A stretch of 62,782 nucleotides of DNA from Deltaproteobacteria bacterium (GCA_020062745.1 JAGUVT010000016.1:1-62782), one strand, 5' to 3'; shown: positions 8,817 to 18,211, counted from the stretch's first letter. Numbers and translations: made by a program. Notes: generated from the letters alone by a model not told the origin.

Positions 8817-10544
8817 ATGAGCTATCTGGCTCTTTACCGGGAGTACCGGCCTCAAACATTTCGAGAAATTGTCGGGCAGGAGCATGTTACCCGTACCCTG
8901 CAAAATGCTGTGAAAGGTAACCGGGTTGCCCACGCCTACCTTTTTTGCGGTTCCCGGGGCACCGGTAAAACCACCAGCGCCAAGGTGTTGGCCAAAGCGG
9001 TAAACTGCCTGCAGGGGCCGGATCCGGAACCGTGCAATGAGTGTACCAACTGCCGGGCTGTTACCGAAGGAGTGGCGGTTGATGTTGCCGAGATAGATGC
9101 TGCTTCGAACCGGGGCATCGACGAAATCAGAGACCTTCGGGAGAAGGTCCAGTTTGCCCCTTCTACCGGCCGGTACCGGGTTTATATTATAGATGAAGTG
9201 CATATGCTGACTAATGAAGCTTTTAATGCTCTTTTAAAAATATTGGAAGAGCCGCCCGGTCATGTAATATTTATCCTGGCCACTACTGAACCGCGCAAAG
9301 TTCCCCTTACCATCCTGTCTCGTTGCCAGCGGTTTGATTTTAGGCGCATTGGTATTGGTGACATTATCAATAAACTTAAAGAGGTGGTTGAAAAAACCGG
9401 TTTGGCTGCAGAAGAAGAGGCTTTAAGGCTGATTGCCAGGGCTGCCGAAGGCAGTTTGCGGGACGCTTTAAGTATGCTTGATCAGGCGGCGGCTTTAGGC
9501 GGGAATTTGATAACTGTTGAAGAGATTCACAATATCCTGGGAACTGTGCGGATGGATGTTTTGAACCAGGTAGCCGGCCACCTGGCGGCCGGTGAATCCG
9601 GGCCGGTTTTGCAGTTGGTGGGCAGGTTGTATAAAGAGGGTAAGGACCTGCGCCTTTTTGCCAGTGACCTGGCCGGTTTTTTGCGGACTTTACTTTTGCT
9701 CAAGATTTCTCCGGCTACACTGACAGATGAGTATTCTCCGGCAGAACTTTTATCACAGGTGGAGTTGTTTGAACAGGAACAGTTGATGTATATTCTGGAT
9801 ATTTTGACTGGGGCCGAGCAGGATATGAAGTGGAGTAACCTGCCCAACCTGGTTCTGGAGCTGGCGCTTGTTAAGGCCTGCCGGATGGAGTGGCGGGTTG
9901 ATACCGGTTCCCTGGCCGGGCGGTTGGCCAGACTGGAAGAAGCGGTGTTTTTGGGAGGAGAGAAAGAACTCAAATTACAGCCGTCTGGTAACAAGCATAG
10001 CGAACCCGTTGGGTTTATTCCTGCAAGGGAACCACATATCAATGTTGTTAAAGATTCTTGCAGCAAGCATAGCGAACCCGTTGATTTTATTCCTGCCGGG
10101 GAAATCCAGGCTGCCGCGACTATAGAGGCGCCGGTTTTCCCGGGCCGGGATGATCAAGCGGCGGAAGACGCGGCAATTACTCTGGAAACAGTTAAAAGCG
10201 CCTGGACTGATTTGGTCAAAAAAGTTAAGGAAGAGCGGATTCCTCTCTATGGTAGTTTTGTAAAAGCGGTGCCTGTGGAGGTAAAAGGGGGGCAATTGAT
10301 CATCGGTTTTGCGGAAGATGCCCGGCTGGCAAAAGAACGGGTTGAACAGGAGGATAATAAAAGATACCTGGAGCAGTTGCTGAGAAAATTTTTTGACGGC
10401 GAGTGGCATCTCAGTTGTATTTTTGGTGCCGGGGGGAAACCGCCTGAAGCGCGCCCTACTCTGGCTGAAGAGGCCTTGCGCCGTTTTGGCGGGGAAGAGG
10501 TTGAATTGAATAGTGATGGCGGACCTGGCGGAAGAATTTTTTAA
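8817..10544 (+). CDS. dnaX: DNA polymerase III subunit gamma/tau
   Basis: YRPQTFREIVGQEHV, Walker A GSRGTGKTT, zinc module CNECTNC, SRC motif LSRCQRF. ATG at 8817 (GTG at 8811 is also possible). Confidence 0.97.
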   Translation: MSYLALYREYRPQTFREIVGQEHVTRTLQNAVKGNRVAHAYLFCGSRGTGKTTSAKVLAKAVNCLQGPDPEPCNECTNCRAVTEGVAVDVAEIDAASNRGIDEIRDLREKVQFAPSTGRYRVYIIDEVHMLTNEAFNALLKILEEPPGHVIFILATTEPRKVPLTILSRCQRFDFRRIGIGDIINKLKEVVEKTGLAAEEEALRLIARAAEGSLRDALSMLDQAAALGGNLITVEEIHNILGTVRMDVLNQVAGHLAAGESGPVLQLVGRLYKEGKDLRLFASDLAGFLRTLLLLKISPATLTDEYSPAELLSQVELFEQEQLMYILDILTGAEQDMKWSNLPNLVLELALVKACRMEWRVDTGSLAGRLARLEEAVFLGGEKELKLQPSGNKHSEPVGFIPAREPHINVVKDSCSKHSEPVDFIPAGEIQAAATIEAPVFPGRDDQAAEDAAITLETVKSAWTDLVKKVKEERIPLYGSFVKAVPVEVKGGQLIIGFAEDARLAKERVEQEDNKRYLEQLLRKFFDGEWHLSCIFGAGGKPPEARPTLAEEALRRFGGEEVELNSDGGPGGRIF

Positions 10545-10562
10545 TCAGGAGGATGATGGCTG

Positions 10563-10880
10563 ATGATGGGCGGTAACATGAATAAAATGATGAAGCAGGT
10601 ACAAAAGATGCAGCAGGACATGGTTAAACTACAGGAAGAACTTGGTAACCGGACGGTAGAAAGCTCCGTTGGGGGCGGTGCGGTAAAAGTGGTGGCCAGC
10701 GGCAAAAACGAGATTCTTTCCGTGGAAATCAAGCCCGAGGCGGTTGATCCTGAGGATGTAGAAATGCTTCAGGATTTAGTCAGGGCGGCTGTTAACGAAG
10801 CTCTGCGCCTGGCTCAAGAGATGGTTTCCCAGGAGATGAGCAAGCTGACCGGCGGCTTGAAGATACCGGGGTTGTTTTAA
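10563..10880 (+). CDS. ybaB: Nucleoid-associated protein YbaB/EbfC
   Basis: [15 protein letters not shown]...GGLKIPGLF is collinear with Bacillus YaaK. AGGAGG lies 10 nt upstream. Confidence 0.95.
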   Translation: MMGGNMNKMMKQVQKMQQDMVKLQEELGNRTVESSVGGGAVKVVASGKNEILSVEIKPEAVDPEDVEMLQDLVRAAVNEALRLAQEMVSQEMSKLTGGLKIPGLF

Positions 10881-10883
10881 GTG

Positions 10884-11483
10884 ATGAATTATTATGCCAG
10901 ACCCGTTGCCCATCTGATCGATGAGTTGGCCAGGCTACCGGGTGTGGGGCCGAAAACGGCACAACGCCTGGCGTTTTATCTTTTGAATGCCCCGGCGGAG
11001 GTTGCCCGGAACCTGGCCCGGGCGGTAGTTGAGGCCAGGGATGCTATCCGCTATTGTTCGGTTTGCGGGAATCTTACTGATGCGGATACCTGCCTGATTT
11101 GCCGGGATGATCGCCGCATCCGGGCTATTCTCTGCGTGGTAGAACATTCCCGGGACGTGGTGGCGATGGAGAAGACGAGGAGTTTCAAAGGTCTTTATCA
11201 TGTTTTACAGGGAGTAATTTCGCCTATTGACGGAATCGGGCCGGAACAGTTGGCTGTGAAGGAACTTATACAGCGGCTGGGAAGCGGGGAAGTACAGGAA
11301 GTGGTCCTGGCCACCAATCCAAGTGTAGAAGGGGATGCCACGGCTTTGTACCTGGCCAGGCTGATAAAACCGCTGGGGCTTAAGGTGACCCGGATTGCTT
11401 ACGGGCTGCCGGTGGGAGCGGACTTAGAGTATGCTGATGCGATTACTCTGGGGAAGTCGCTTGAAGGAAGACAGGAAATTTAA
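10884..11483 (+). CDS. recR: Recombination protein RecR
   Basis: LPGVGPKTAQRLAFYLL HhH, C4 zinc finger CSVCGNLTDADTCLIC, Toprim. Confidence 0.96.
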   Translation: MNYYARPVAHLIDELARLPGVGPKTAQRLAFYLLNAPAEVARNLARAVVEARDAIRYCSVCGNLTDADTCLICRDDRRIRAILCVVEHSRDVVAMEKTRSFKGLYHVLQGVISPIDGIGPEQLAVKELIQRLGSGEVQEVVLATNPSVEGDATALYLARLIKPLGLKVTRIAYGLPVGADLEYADAITLGKSLEGRQEI

Positions 11484-11550
11484 CAGGCATATATTTCATT
11501 CTAATCCATATAAATCATTAAATTTAAATTTCGGGGAGGTGCTTTGTGGA

Positions 11551-11817
11551 TTGGAATGGAAAATGGTTTTATCCGGACTGGTCGGCTTGTTATTTCTTTA
11601 CTTTTTGGGGACGGTTTTTGTACAACCCTTGCGGTTTCTCCTCCGCCTGGCGGTCTGTGTCCTGGTCGGCGGGGCTTTACTGGCTGTTATTAATCTGGCA
11701 TTTGGATATTACGGGCTGCATGTTGCCATTAACCCGGTTACTCTTTTGACAGCCGGGATTTTACAGGTTCCCGGAGTGGTTTTGCTGGTGTTGATTAATT
11801 ACTTTATTTTGGCTTGA
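11551..11817 (+). CDS. bofA: Pro-sigma-K processing inhibitor BofA
   Basis: The C-terminal INPVTLLTAGILQVPGVVLLVLINYFIL matches the BofA signature. Two TM segments. Start is TTG 11551 or ATG 11563, after GGGGAGG. Confidence 0.85.
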   Translation: MEWKMVLSGLVGLLFLYFLGTVFVQPLRFLLRLAVCVLVGGALLAVINLAFGYYGLHVAINPVTLLTAGILQVPGVVLLVLINYFILA

Positions 11818-11861
11818 CGGAACGGACTTTTTACAATATACTTAATACCTAACCAACGGGT

Positions 11862-11891
11862 GGAACAGCCGGACGCTGTTCCGATTTTTTT
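11862..11891 (+). terminator. Rho-independent terminator after bofA
   Basis: GGAACAGC-CGGAC-GCTGTTCC followed by GATTTTTTT. Confidence 0.8.
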
Positions 11892-11907
11892 ATTGAGGGG
11901 ACGTTGT

Positions 11908-12573
11908 TTGTTGGGACGGGTTGTAGAAGCTTATATTGGTGAGTATGCCAGCGGCAAAAGCGAAAATGCTGTGAACCGGGCCCTGGAGTTGAATGACCGG
12001 GGGCGGCCGGTTACGCTGGTCGACCTGGATATTGTAGAGCCGTTTTATACTTTGCGGCCGTTAAAGAAAGAACTGTCTGCCCGCGGCATTGCTGTGATTG
12101 CGTGGGAAACCGGGAGAACCATCGGCCTTGGAGAAACCGGTACGCTCATAAAACCAGGAGCCAGATGGGCGTTGCGCCGTCCTGGAGACATTATTCTTGA
12201 CGTGGGCTACGGAATAGGGGGAAGCAGAACTTTGAACCTGCTGGAGGGTGCCGGTTCCGATCCGGACTTAAAGATATTGGCTGTAATTAATGTGTCGCGC
12301 CCTTTAACTGCTTCAGTGGAAGATATTGTAGAGTATGTGAGCCAACTGGGTCGGGTGGATGGGCTGATTAATAATACCCACCTTGGTGATGAAACCGGGC
12401 TTGCAGTAGTACAGGAGGGGGCAGGAGTGGTTACTGCTGCGGCCCGGCTGTTGGGGTTGCCTGTAGTGGCCACTTCAGTAGTGGAGGAACTGGCCGGGGT
12501 CATCGGCGCACAGGATTGTATGGGTAACCCGGTACGGGTAATTACCAGGCACATGCATAAAGCGTTATGGTAG
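11908..12573 (+). CDS. Conserved P-loop NTPase of unknown function (SIMIBI/MinD- or GPN-like)
   Basis: N-terminal Walker A GEYASGKSE and VDLDIVEP. The start is placed after the bofA terminator and GAGGGGA RBS (TTG 11908/11911); the listed ORF start 11860 lies inside the terminator. Confidence 0.6.
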   Translation: MLGRVVEAYIGEYASGKSENAVNRALELNDRGRPVTLVDLDIVEPFYTLRPLKKELSARGIAVIAWETGRTIGLGETGTLIKPGARWALRRPGDIILDVGYGIGGSRTLNLLEGAGSDPDLKILAVINVSRPLTASVEDIVEYVSQLGRVDGLINNTHLGDETGLAVVQEGAGVVTAAARLLGLPVVATSVVEELAGVIGAQDCMGNPVRVITRHMHKALW

Positions 12574-12629
12574 CATTTAAAAGTGCTCACAAAAAAATGC
12601 TTACAGGCATAAAGATAATATTGATCTTT

Positions 12630-12705
12630 GTTTAGCCGTTAGCGGTCGGCAGTTAGCTTTTTAGCATTACTCTTATATGGTCGATAGCCAAAGGCTGAAA
12701 GCTTA
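12630..12705. repeat. Intergenic repeat locus L1 (inverted pair of module-B-like units)
   Basis: GCCGTTAGCGGTCGGCAGTTAGC and CGATAGCCAAAGGCTGAAAGC resemble the GCTGATAGCTGACGGCTGAAAG units seen at other loci. Confidence 0.5.
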
Positions 12706-12755
12706 ATTTCTTTGTAATCCCTGCGGCTTCTAATTTAAAAGGTGGGTTGGCGTCG

Positions 12756-12977
12756 GTGGTTGAAAACTGTCTTTTTTGCCGGCAGCAAAGGCCGGTTACC
12801 GGGGAGGGTCTTCTGATCAGGGGGTATTTTATCTGTGCGGCATGTGAAGCGAAGATTACCTTGCTTTACAGGGAAGACCCCGATTATGATTTTTATTTGA
12901 ACGGTTTGAAAAAAATCTGGCATTCGCCTGGGGACGGGAACTGTGAAATAATGGCGGAAGAGTTCCGGTTATGGTAA
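12756..12977 (+). CDS. csfB: Anti-sigma-G/F factor Gin (CsfB)
   Basis: CLFC...CAAC zinc motif and DPDYDFYLNGLKKIW match Bacillus CsfB (DPDYAFYVKKLKSI). Syntenic position. Start is GTG 12756 or TTG 12747. Confidence 0.85.
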   Translation: MVENCLFCRQQRPVTGEGLLIRGYFICAACEAKITLLYREDPDYDFYLNGLKKIWHSPGDGNCEIMAEEFRLW

Positions 12978-13072
12978 AATAACAACACCTGGATATAAAA
13001 ATGCTTTTGCTTTTTTAAGAAAAAAACCGTTAACTTCGTAGCCCTCAAACTTCTCTGGCGGGAGGTTTGTTT

Positions 13073-14533
13073 TTGGCTCTTGAGCAAAACAGCGCTCCAT
13101 TGTTTGAAGCGTTGTGGCTTTATAACAGTAAAGGAACTGCCCACCTGCATACGCCGGGGCACTGCCGGGGCAGGGGCATACCTGAAACACTGGCTTCTTT
13201 TACCGGCCGGGCCGTATACAGTCTGGATTTGACGGAATTGCCGGGACTGGATGACCTGCATAATCCGGGTGGGGTCATTGCCCAGGCCCAGGCGCTGGCT
13301 GCCGCTGCTTTCGGCGCCGATCACACTTTCTTTTTAGTAAATGGTACAACGGCGGGTATACAGGCACTGTTATTGGCGACGGTTGGAGAGGGCGCAGTAA
13401 TTTTACCCAGAAACATGCACCGTTCGGTCCTCGGCGGGCTGATCCTGTCCGGCGCCAATCCGGTATACATGGTGCCGCCGGTTTTTCCCGGGTTTGGTTT
13501 TGCCGCGAGTATTACCCCGGAGCAACTGAAGGTGGCTCTGGCGGAATATCCTGAGGCGCGGGCAGTAATGATGGTGCATCCAAATTATTACGGTGTGGCA
13601 GGTGACCTGCCGGCGCTGGTTTCTGCTGTTCACGAAGTGGACAAACCCTTGCTGGTGGATGAGGCTCACGGGGCCCATTTGCGCTTTCATCCCGCCCTGC
13701 CGCCCGATGCCCTTTCGGCGGGCGCCGATGCTTCGGTACAGAGCACTCACAAACTGGGAGGTGCTTTGACTCAGGCCTCAATGCTGCATTTGAAGGGTTT
13801 CCGCCTGGACCGGGAACGGGTAGCTGCCGCCCTTAGGTATCAGCAGACAACCAGTCCGTCTTATATTTTAATGGTATCGCTGGATCTGGCCCGCCAGCAA
13901 CTCGCCCTGCACGGCCGGCCGCTGCTGGAACGGACTGTTGAACTGGCTGAAAAAACCAGAAGAAGGCTGGCTGCTATCAAAGGCCTTGTGGTTCTGGGGC
14001 CGGAACATGCGGGTAAGGCCGGAACATGTGTTTTTGATCCCACCCGGCTGGTAATTTGTGTGCGCGGCCTTGGTTTAAGCGGCTACCAGGTACATGAAAT
14101 GCTGGCCCGGCGCTACCAGGTACAGGTAGAGATGGCTGACTGGCATGATATTGTGGCCCTGGTTTCAATCGGGACTGCTGCCGGGGACTGCGAGCGCCTG
14201 GTGCAGGCAATGGCTGATATTGCCTGCCGGGAAGCCCGGCCGGCGGGAGTAACGGACTTTGCCGTTCCGGAAATGCCGGTATCCTATAAGAAGCAGATAA
14301 AACCCAGGGAAGCATGGTTTGCCCCGTCTTGCCGGGTTCCTCTGGCAGAAGCGAAAGGCCGGATCAGTTCTGAAATGGTTGCAGTTTATCCGCCTGGTAT
14401 CCCGGTGCTCTGTCCGGGTGAAGAAGTAACCGGGGAGGTTTATGAATATTTATCAGTTGTATGGCAAAAGGGTATCCCCTGTCAGGGACCTGGAGACCAA
14501 ACGCTCGCTACTTTAAAAGTTGTGGTAGAATAG
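13073..14533 (+). CDS. PLP-dependent Orn/Lys/Arg decarboxylase family protein (YaaO-like)
   Basis: HTPGH, STHKLGG (PLP lysine). Syntenic with Bacillus yaaO upstream of tmk. TTG 13073 lies 7 nt after GGAGG. Confidence 0.9.
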   Translation: MALEQNSAPLFEALWLYNSKGTAHLHTPGHCRGRGIPETLASFTGRAVYSLDLTELPGLDDLHNPGGVIAQAQALAAAAFGADHTFFLVNGTTAGIQALLLATVGEGAVILPRNMHRSVLGGLILSGANPVYMVPPVFPGFGFAASITPEQLKVALAEYPEARAVMMVHPNYYGVAGDLPALVSAVHEVDKPLLVDEAHGAHLRFHPALPPDALSAGADASVQSTHKLGGALTQASMLHLKGFRLDRERVAAALRYQQTTSPSYILMVSLDLARQQLALHGRPLLERTVELAEKTRRRLAAIKGLVVLGPEHAGKAGTCVFDPTRLVICVRGLGLSGYQVHEMLARRYQVQVEMADWHDIVALVSIGTAAGDCERLVQAMADIACREARPAGVTDFAVPEMPVSYKKQIKPREAWFAPSCRVPLAEAKGRISSEMVAVYPPGIPVLCPGEEVTGEVYEYLSVVWQKGIPCQGPGDQTLATLKVVVE

Positions 14534-14537
14534 GAAC

Positions 14538-15182
14538 ATGAAGGGTAAATTAATTGTTTTTGAAGGTATTGACGGTTCCGGTAAAACCACCCAGATGCAA
14601 ATTCTGGGGAGAAGGCTGGAGCGTCAGGGGTTCCCGGTGGTATATACCAGGGAGCCTGGTGGTACACGAGTGGGCGAGTCAATCCGGGGCATCCTTTTGG
14701 ACCCGCTGTACAGGGAGATGGAACCGCAAACTGAGGCCTTGCTTTACGCTGCTGCCCGGGCCCAGCACGTGGCCCAGTTGTTGCAGCCGGCTCTGGCGGC
14801 TGGAAAAGTAGTTTTATGTGACCGGTTTTTAGGTTCCAGTCTGGCTTACCAGGGTTTCGGCCGGGGCCTGTCGCTGGAGTTCATCGACCATATTAACAAT
14901 CTGGCTACTGGCGGGCTGAAACCGGACCTGGTACTTATTTTTGATTTATCGCCTTGTTTATGCTTAAAAAGGATTGGCGCGCAGGTAAATGAACTGGATC
15001 GTTTGGAAAGGGAAGAAATGGCTTTTCACCGGCGGGTGCGGGAAGGCTACCTTACCCTGGCCCGGCGTGAACCAGCCTGCTGCCGGGTTATCGACGGCCG
15101 GCAGACGGTGGAGCAGGTGCACGAAACGGTATGGAGAGAAGTAGAAAGATTTTTGCGTGAGGCTAATGCGGGAAATAAGTAG
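14538..15182 (+). CDS. tmk: dTMP (thymidylate) kinase
   Basis: FEGIDGSGKTTQ P-loop, TREPGGT, DRF motif. Confidence 0.96.
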   Translation: MKGKLIVFEGIDGSGKTTQMQILGRRLERQGFPVVYTREPGGTRVGESIRGILLDPLYREMEPQTEALLYAAARAQHVAQLLQPALAAGKVVLCDRFLGSSLAYQGFGRGLSLEFIDHINNLATGGLKPDLVLIFDLSPCLCLKRIGAQVNELDRLEREEMAFHRRVREGYLTLARREPACCRVIDGRQTVEQVHETVWREVERFLREANAGNK

Positions 15183-16029
15183 TGTTCTGGAAAATGCTCT
15201 GGTAAATGAGCGGATAACGCATGCCTACCTTTTTGTCGGCCCGGAAGACGCCCGCAAAGAGGAAATAGCCATGGCCTTTGCCCGGGCGCTGCTCTGTTTT
15301 TCGGTGCAAGCGGGCAGAGCCTGTGGAGTATGCCGGGATTGCCGCCAGGCAGAACATGTTAAACATCCCGACCTGCATATTGTGCAGCCGGCCGGGGCAA
15401 CAATAAAAATCGAGCAAATTCGTGCTGTTCAACAAACCGTATTTTACCGGCCGTACCAGGGCAAGCGGCAGGTTTACCTGATCAAGCAGGCCGATACCAT
15501 GACTGTGCAGGCTGCTAATTGCTTTTTGAAGACGCTGGAGGAGCCGCCGGAAGAGGTGGTTTTTATTTTACTTGCCACCTGGCTGCATGCCCTGCTGCCT
15601 ACAGTCCGGTCGCGTTGTCAGCAATTTTTTTTACCGCCGGCAGTGTCTGCCGGTATTTCCAAAGATGAATGGCTCATGACCGGCGAATTGGCGGAAAGGT
15701 TGTATGAGGCAAGCGCGATGGAGGCTCTTGGTCTGGCGGAAAAAGTGGCGGAAAAGAAGGAAACAGTAGTTACCTGCCTGAATCTGTTGGCCTTGTGGTA
15801 CTTTGACCTGTTACTGTGGCAGGAAACAGGTGACCCGGAGTTGCTGGCTAATCCGGATCGTATGTTGAATGTTGAAAAAGAAGCGGTCCGTTATCCGAAA
15901 AGATGTCTGGTGCATTGTATCGAAGAGATTGAGAAGGCTAAAGAAAGGTTGTCAGCCAATGCCAACACCAGATTAGTTCTGGAGGTGCTGCTGTTGCACC
16001 TGGCTGGTATGGCTAAAAGGAGGTATTAA
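15166..16029 (+). CDS. holB: DNA polymerase III subunit delta prime
   Basis: HAYLFVGP, zinc module CGVCRDCRQ, FLKTLEEPP, SRCQ. Confidence 0.93.
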   Translation: MREISSVLENALVNERITHAYLFVGPEDARKEEIAMAFARALLCFSVQAGRACGVCRDCRQAEHVKHPDLHIVQPAGATIKIEQIRAVQQTVFYRPYQGKRQVYLIKQADTMTVQAANCFLKTLEEPPEEVVFILLATWLHALLPTVRSRCQQFFLPPAVSAGISKDEWLMTGELAERLYEASAMEALGLAEKVAEKKETVVTCLNLLALWYFDLLLWQETGDPELLANPDRMLNVEKEAVRYPKRCLVHCIEEIEKAKERLSANANTRLVLEVLLLHLAGMAKRRY

Positions 16030-16035
16030 CGGTCT

Positions 16036-16746
16036 TTGCTGGCAGTGGCGATACGTTTTAAAAAGGCTGGTAAAATTTATTTTTTTGATCCTGGCGGACA
16101 CAAGCTGGCAGCGGGTGAGGGAGTTATAGTTGAGACGGCCAGGGGGATAGAATACGGACGGGTAGTTATGGAACCCGGCGAAGTGCCTGAAGAAGAAGTG
16201 ACGACTCCTTTGAAGAAAGTAATCAGGAAAGCTACCGCAGAAGATTATCAGCAGGTAAAAGCCAATCAGGAAAAAGAAGAAAGAGCGTTTCAAGTATGTC
16301 TGGAAAAAATAGCTCACCATAACTTGCCGATGAAACTGGTGAATGTGGATCAGACCTTTGACGGCAGTAAAATAGTTTTCTATTTTACTGCCGACGGCCG
16401 GATTGATTTTCGTGAGTTGGTTAAAGACCTGGCTTCTGTGTTCAGAACCAGGATTGAATTAAGACAGATCGGCGTACGTGACGAGGCTAAAATGATCGGG
16501 GGGCTGGGTTGTTGCGGGCGGGAATTATGTTGTTCGGCATGGCTCTCGGATTTTACTTCGGTATCGATTAAAATGGCCAAGGGGCAAAATCTTTCTCTCA
16601 ATCCGACCAAGATATCGGGTATCTGCGGACGATTGATGTGCTGTTTAAAATACGAGTGTGATGCTTATGAAAACGGCATGGAAGGCTTTATGGAAGAGAA
16701 TGGTGTGGTGATTGCTCCCAACGGGGAGAATAACAGCGAACCGTAA
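16036..16746 (+). CDS. ricT: PSP1-domain regulatory iron-sulfur protein RicT (YaaT)
   Basis: IRFKKAGKIYFFDP and the C-terminal cysteine cluster GCCGRELCCSAW...CGRLMCCLKYE. Confidence 0.93.
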   Translation: MLAVAIRFKKAGKIYFFDPGGHKLAAGEGVIVETARGIEYGRVVMEPGEVPEEEVTTPLKKVIRKATAEDYQQVKANQEKEERAFQVCLEKIAHHNLPMKLVNVDQTFDGSKIVFYFTADGRIDFRELVKDLASVFRTRIELRQIGVRDEAKMIGGLGCCGRELCCSAWLSDFTSVSIKMAKGQNLSLNPTKISGICGRLMCCLKYECDAYENGMEGFMEENGVVIAPNGENNSEP

Positions 16747-16764
16747 TAGCTGTATCTTCTCATT

Positions 16765-16848
16765 GTCATTGCGAGGAGTGAAACGACGAAGCAATCTCAA
16801 GGGCAACATTCGTAAGTATGGGATTGATTCGCTGCGGCTCGCAATGAA
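16765..16848. repeat. Intergenic repeat locus L2 (complete module A)
   Basis: GTCATTGCGAG...CGAAGCAATCTC...GGATTGATTCG...CTCGCAATGAA, a nested palindrome. It fills the ricT-rsmI spacer, where Bacillus has yabA-yabB-yazA. Confidence 0.85.
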
Positions 16849-16886
16849 AGAAAGGTTATTTTTCAGGAGAGCGCTGTTTTAAGAAG

Positions 16887-17756
16887 GTGAGAATCTTGTC
16901 AGGGGAAGCGAAAGGGACGCTGTACCTTTGTGCCACGCCAATCGGCAATCTTGAGGATATTACCCTGCGGGTATTGCGGATACTGCGGGAGGTTGACTTG
17001 ATAGCTGCTGAAGATACCCGGCACACCCGGAAATTGCTCAGTTATTACCGCTTATCCACCCCCCTGACCAGTTATCACCAGCACAACCGCGGGCAAAAAG
17101 GCGAACACCTGCTCCGGCTTTTGCTATCCGGCAAACAGATCGCGCTGGTATCGGACGCCGGCATGCCCGGCATATCCGATCCCGGCGCCGACCTGGCGGC
17201 TCAGGCTATCGCGTCGGGTATACCGGTAGTGCCGCTGCCCGGCGCCAGTGCTGCCGTTACTGCCCTGGTGGTTTCCGGCTTGCCGTGCGCTACTTTTGTT
17301 TTTGAAGGTTTCCTGCCGGCAACCGGAAAAAACCGCCGCAGCAAACTGGTCCGGCTTGCGCAAGAAAACCGGACCATGATTTTTTATGAATCGCCGTACC
17401 GTCTTTTGGAAACCCTGGCCGATTTGTTGGCTATTTTTGGCAACCGCCGGATAGCTGTAGCCAGGGAGTTGACCAAGCAGCATGAGGAAGTGGTGCGGGG
17501 AACGGTGCAGGAATTGCTGGAATATTTCCGTGGGCATATCCTTCGGGGGGAGTTTACGCTGGTGGTCGCCGGCCGTGCGAATGATGTGCCGGATACCGTC
17601 TGTTACCCGGAAAAGAGCCCGGCAGAAATTGTAGCATTTCTGGAGGCATCTGGTATGGACCGGCGACAGGCCTTGCGTGAAGCGGCCCGGCAATGTGGGC
17701 TGCCGAAAAGGGAAATTTATAAGGTGATGATACGGGAAAAAGAAGGAGAGAAATGA
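16887..17756 (+). CDS. rsmI: 16S rRNA (cytidine1402-2'-O)-methyltransferase
   Basis: GTLYLCATPIGNLEDITLR, AEDTRHTRKLL, SDAGMPGISDPG. Confidence 0.95.
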   Translation: MRILSGEAKGTLYLCATPIGNLEDITLRVLRILREVDLIAAEDTRHTRKLLSYYRLSTPLTSYHQHNRGQKGEHLLRLLLSGKQIALVSDAGMPGISDPGADLAAQAIASGIPVVPLPGASAAVTALVVSGLPCATFVFEGFLPATGKNRRSKLVRLAQENRTMIFYESPYRLLETLADLLAIFGNRRIAVARELTKQHEEVVRGTVQELLEYFRGHILRGEFTLVVAGRANDVPDTVCYPEKSPAEIVAFLEASGMDRRQALREAARQCGLPKREIYKVMIREKEGEK

Positions 17757-17759
17757 AAA

Positions 17760-17780
17760 AGAGAGACCTTAGGTCTCTCT
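17760..17780. terminator. Bidirectional hairpin between rsmI and abrB
   Basis: AGAGAGACC-TTA-GGTCTCTCT, with a T-run on the minus-strand side. Confidence 0.6.
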
Positions 17781-17802
17781 TTCACGGAATTGCTTTTTAC
17801 GT

Positions 17803-18057
17803 TTAAATTGCTTTGGCGTTTTCAAACATGGCCAGGGCGCAGTCATGGCAAACCATTTTACCCCGGTAATACTGTACATTTCCTGCATTGCCACAGAAAA
17901 CGCAGGCCGGTTCATATTTCTTGAGAATGATTTTCTCGTTGTCGACGTAAATTTCCAGAGCATCTTTTTCGTCGATACCCATTGTACGCCGCAATTCGAT
18001 TGGGATAACTACCCGACCCAATTCGTCAACTTTTCTGACAATCCCGGTAGATTTCAC
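17803..18057 (-). CDS. abrB: Transition-state regulator AbrB (SpoVT/AbrB swapped-hairpin domain) with a Cys-rich tail
   Basis: VKSTGIVRKVDELGRVVIPIELRRTMGIDEKDALEIYVDNEKIILKKY is near-identical to Bacillus AbrB. GTG at 18057 follows GGAGGGGAAAGAGGA. The tail has CVFC...CHDC. Confidence 0.93.
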   Translation of the reverse strand: MKSTGIVRKVDELGRVVIPIELRRTMGIDEKDALEIYVDNEKIILKKYEPACVFCGNAGNVQYYRGKMVCHDCALAMFENAKAI

Positions 18058-18211
18058 TCCTCTTTCCCCTCCTTTTCTCGTCATAATTCGACACAGAAGT
18101 AAATTTTATTACAAGTAAATGGTACCAACGGTTCCATTAAAAGTCAACATTTTTAGCAAAAAATTTTTAAAAAATTTTTATTGAAGGTGCTGCCGACAGG
18201 GAGTGTATAAC

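Noticed and set aside
10210-10225. A6G run (GTCAAAAAAGTT) in dnaX as a possible programmed -1 frameshift site for a gamma subunit
   Set aside because: The A-run is not in the A AAA AAG register relative to the zero frame. It also lies in the C-terminal domain rather than after domain III, and I saw no downstream stem-loop.
11546-11749. Alternative-frame 67-aa ORF overlapping bofA
   Set aside because: The other frame gives the canonical BofA C-terminal signature. This frame gives a Trp/Cys-rich product with no similarity to anything I recognise.
12590-12755. Sigma-F/G-type forespore promoter upstream of csfB
   Set aside because: I found GCATA- and GTAAT-like elements but no convincing -35/-10 pair with correct spacing. 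It cannot be supported by eye.
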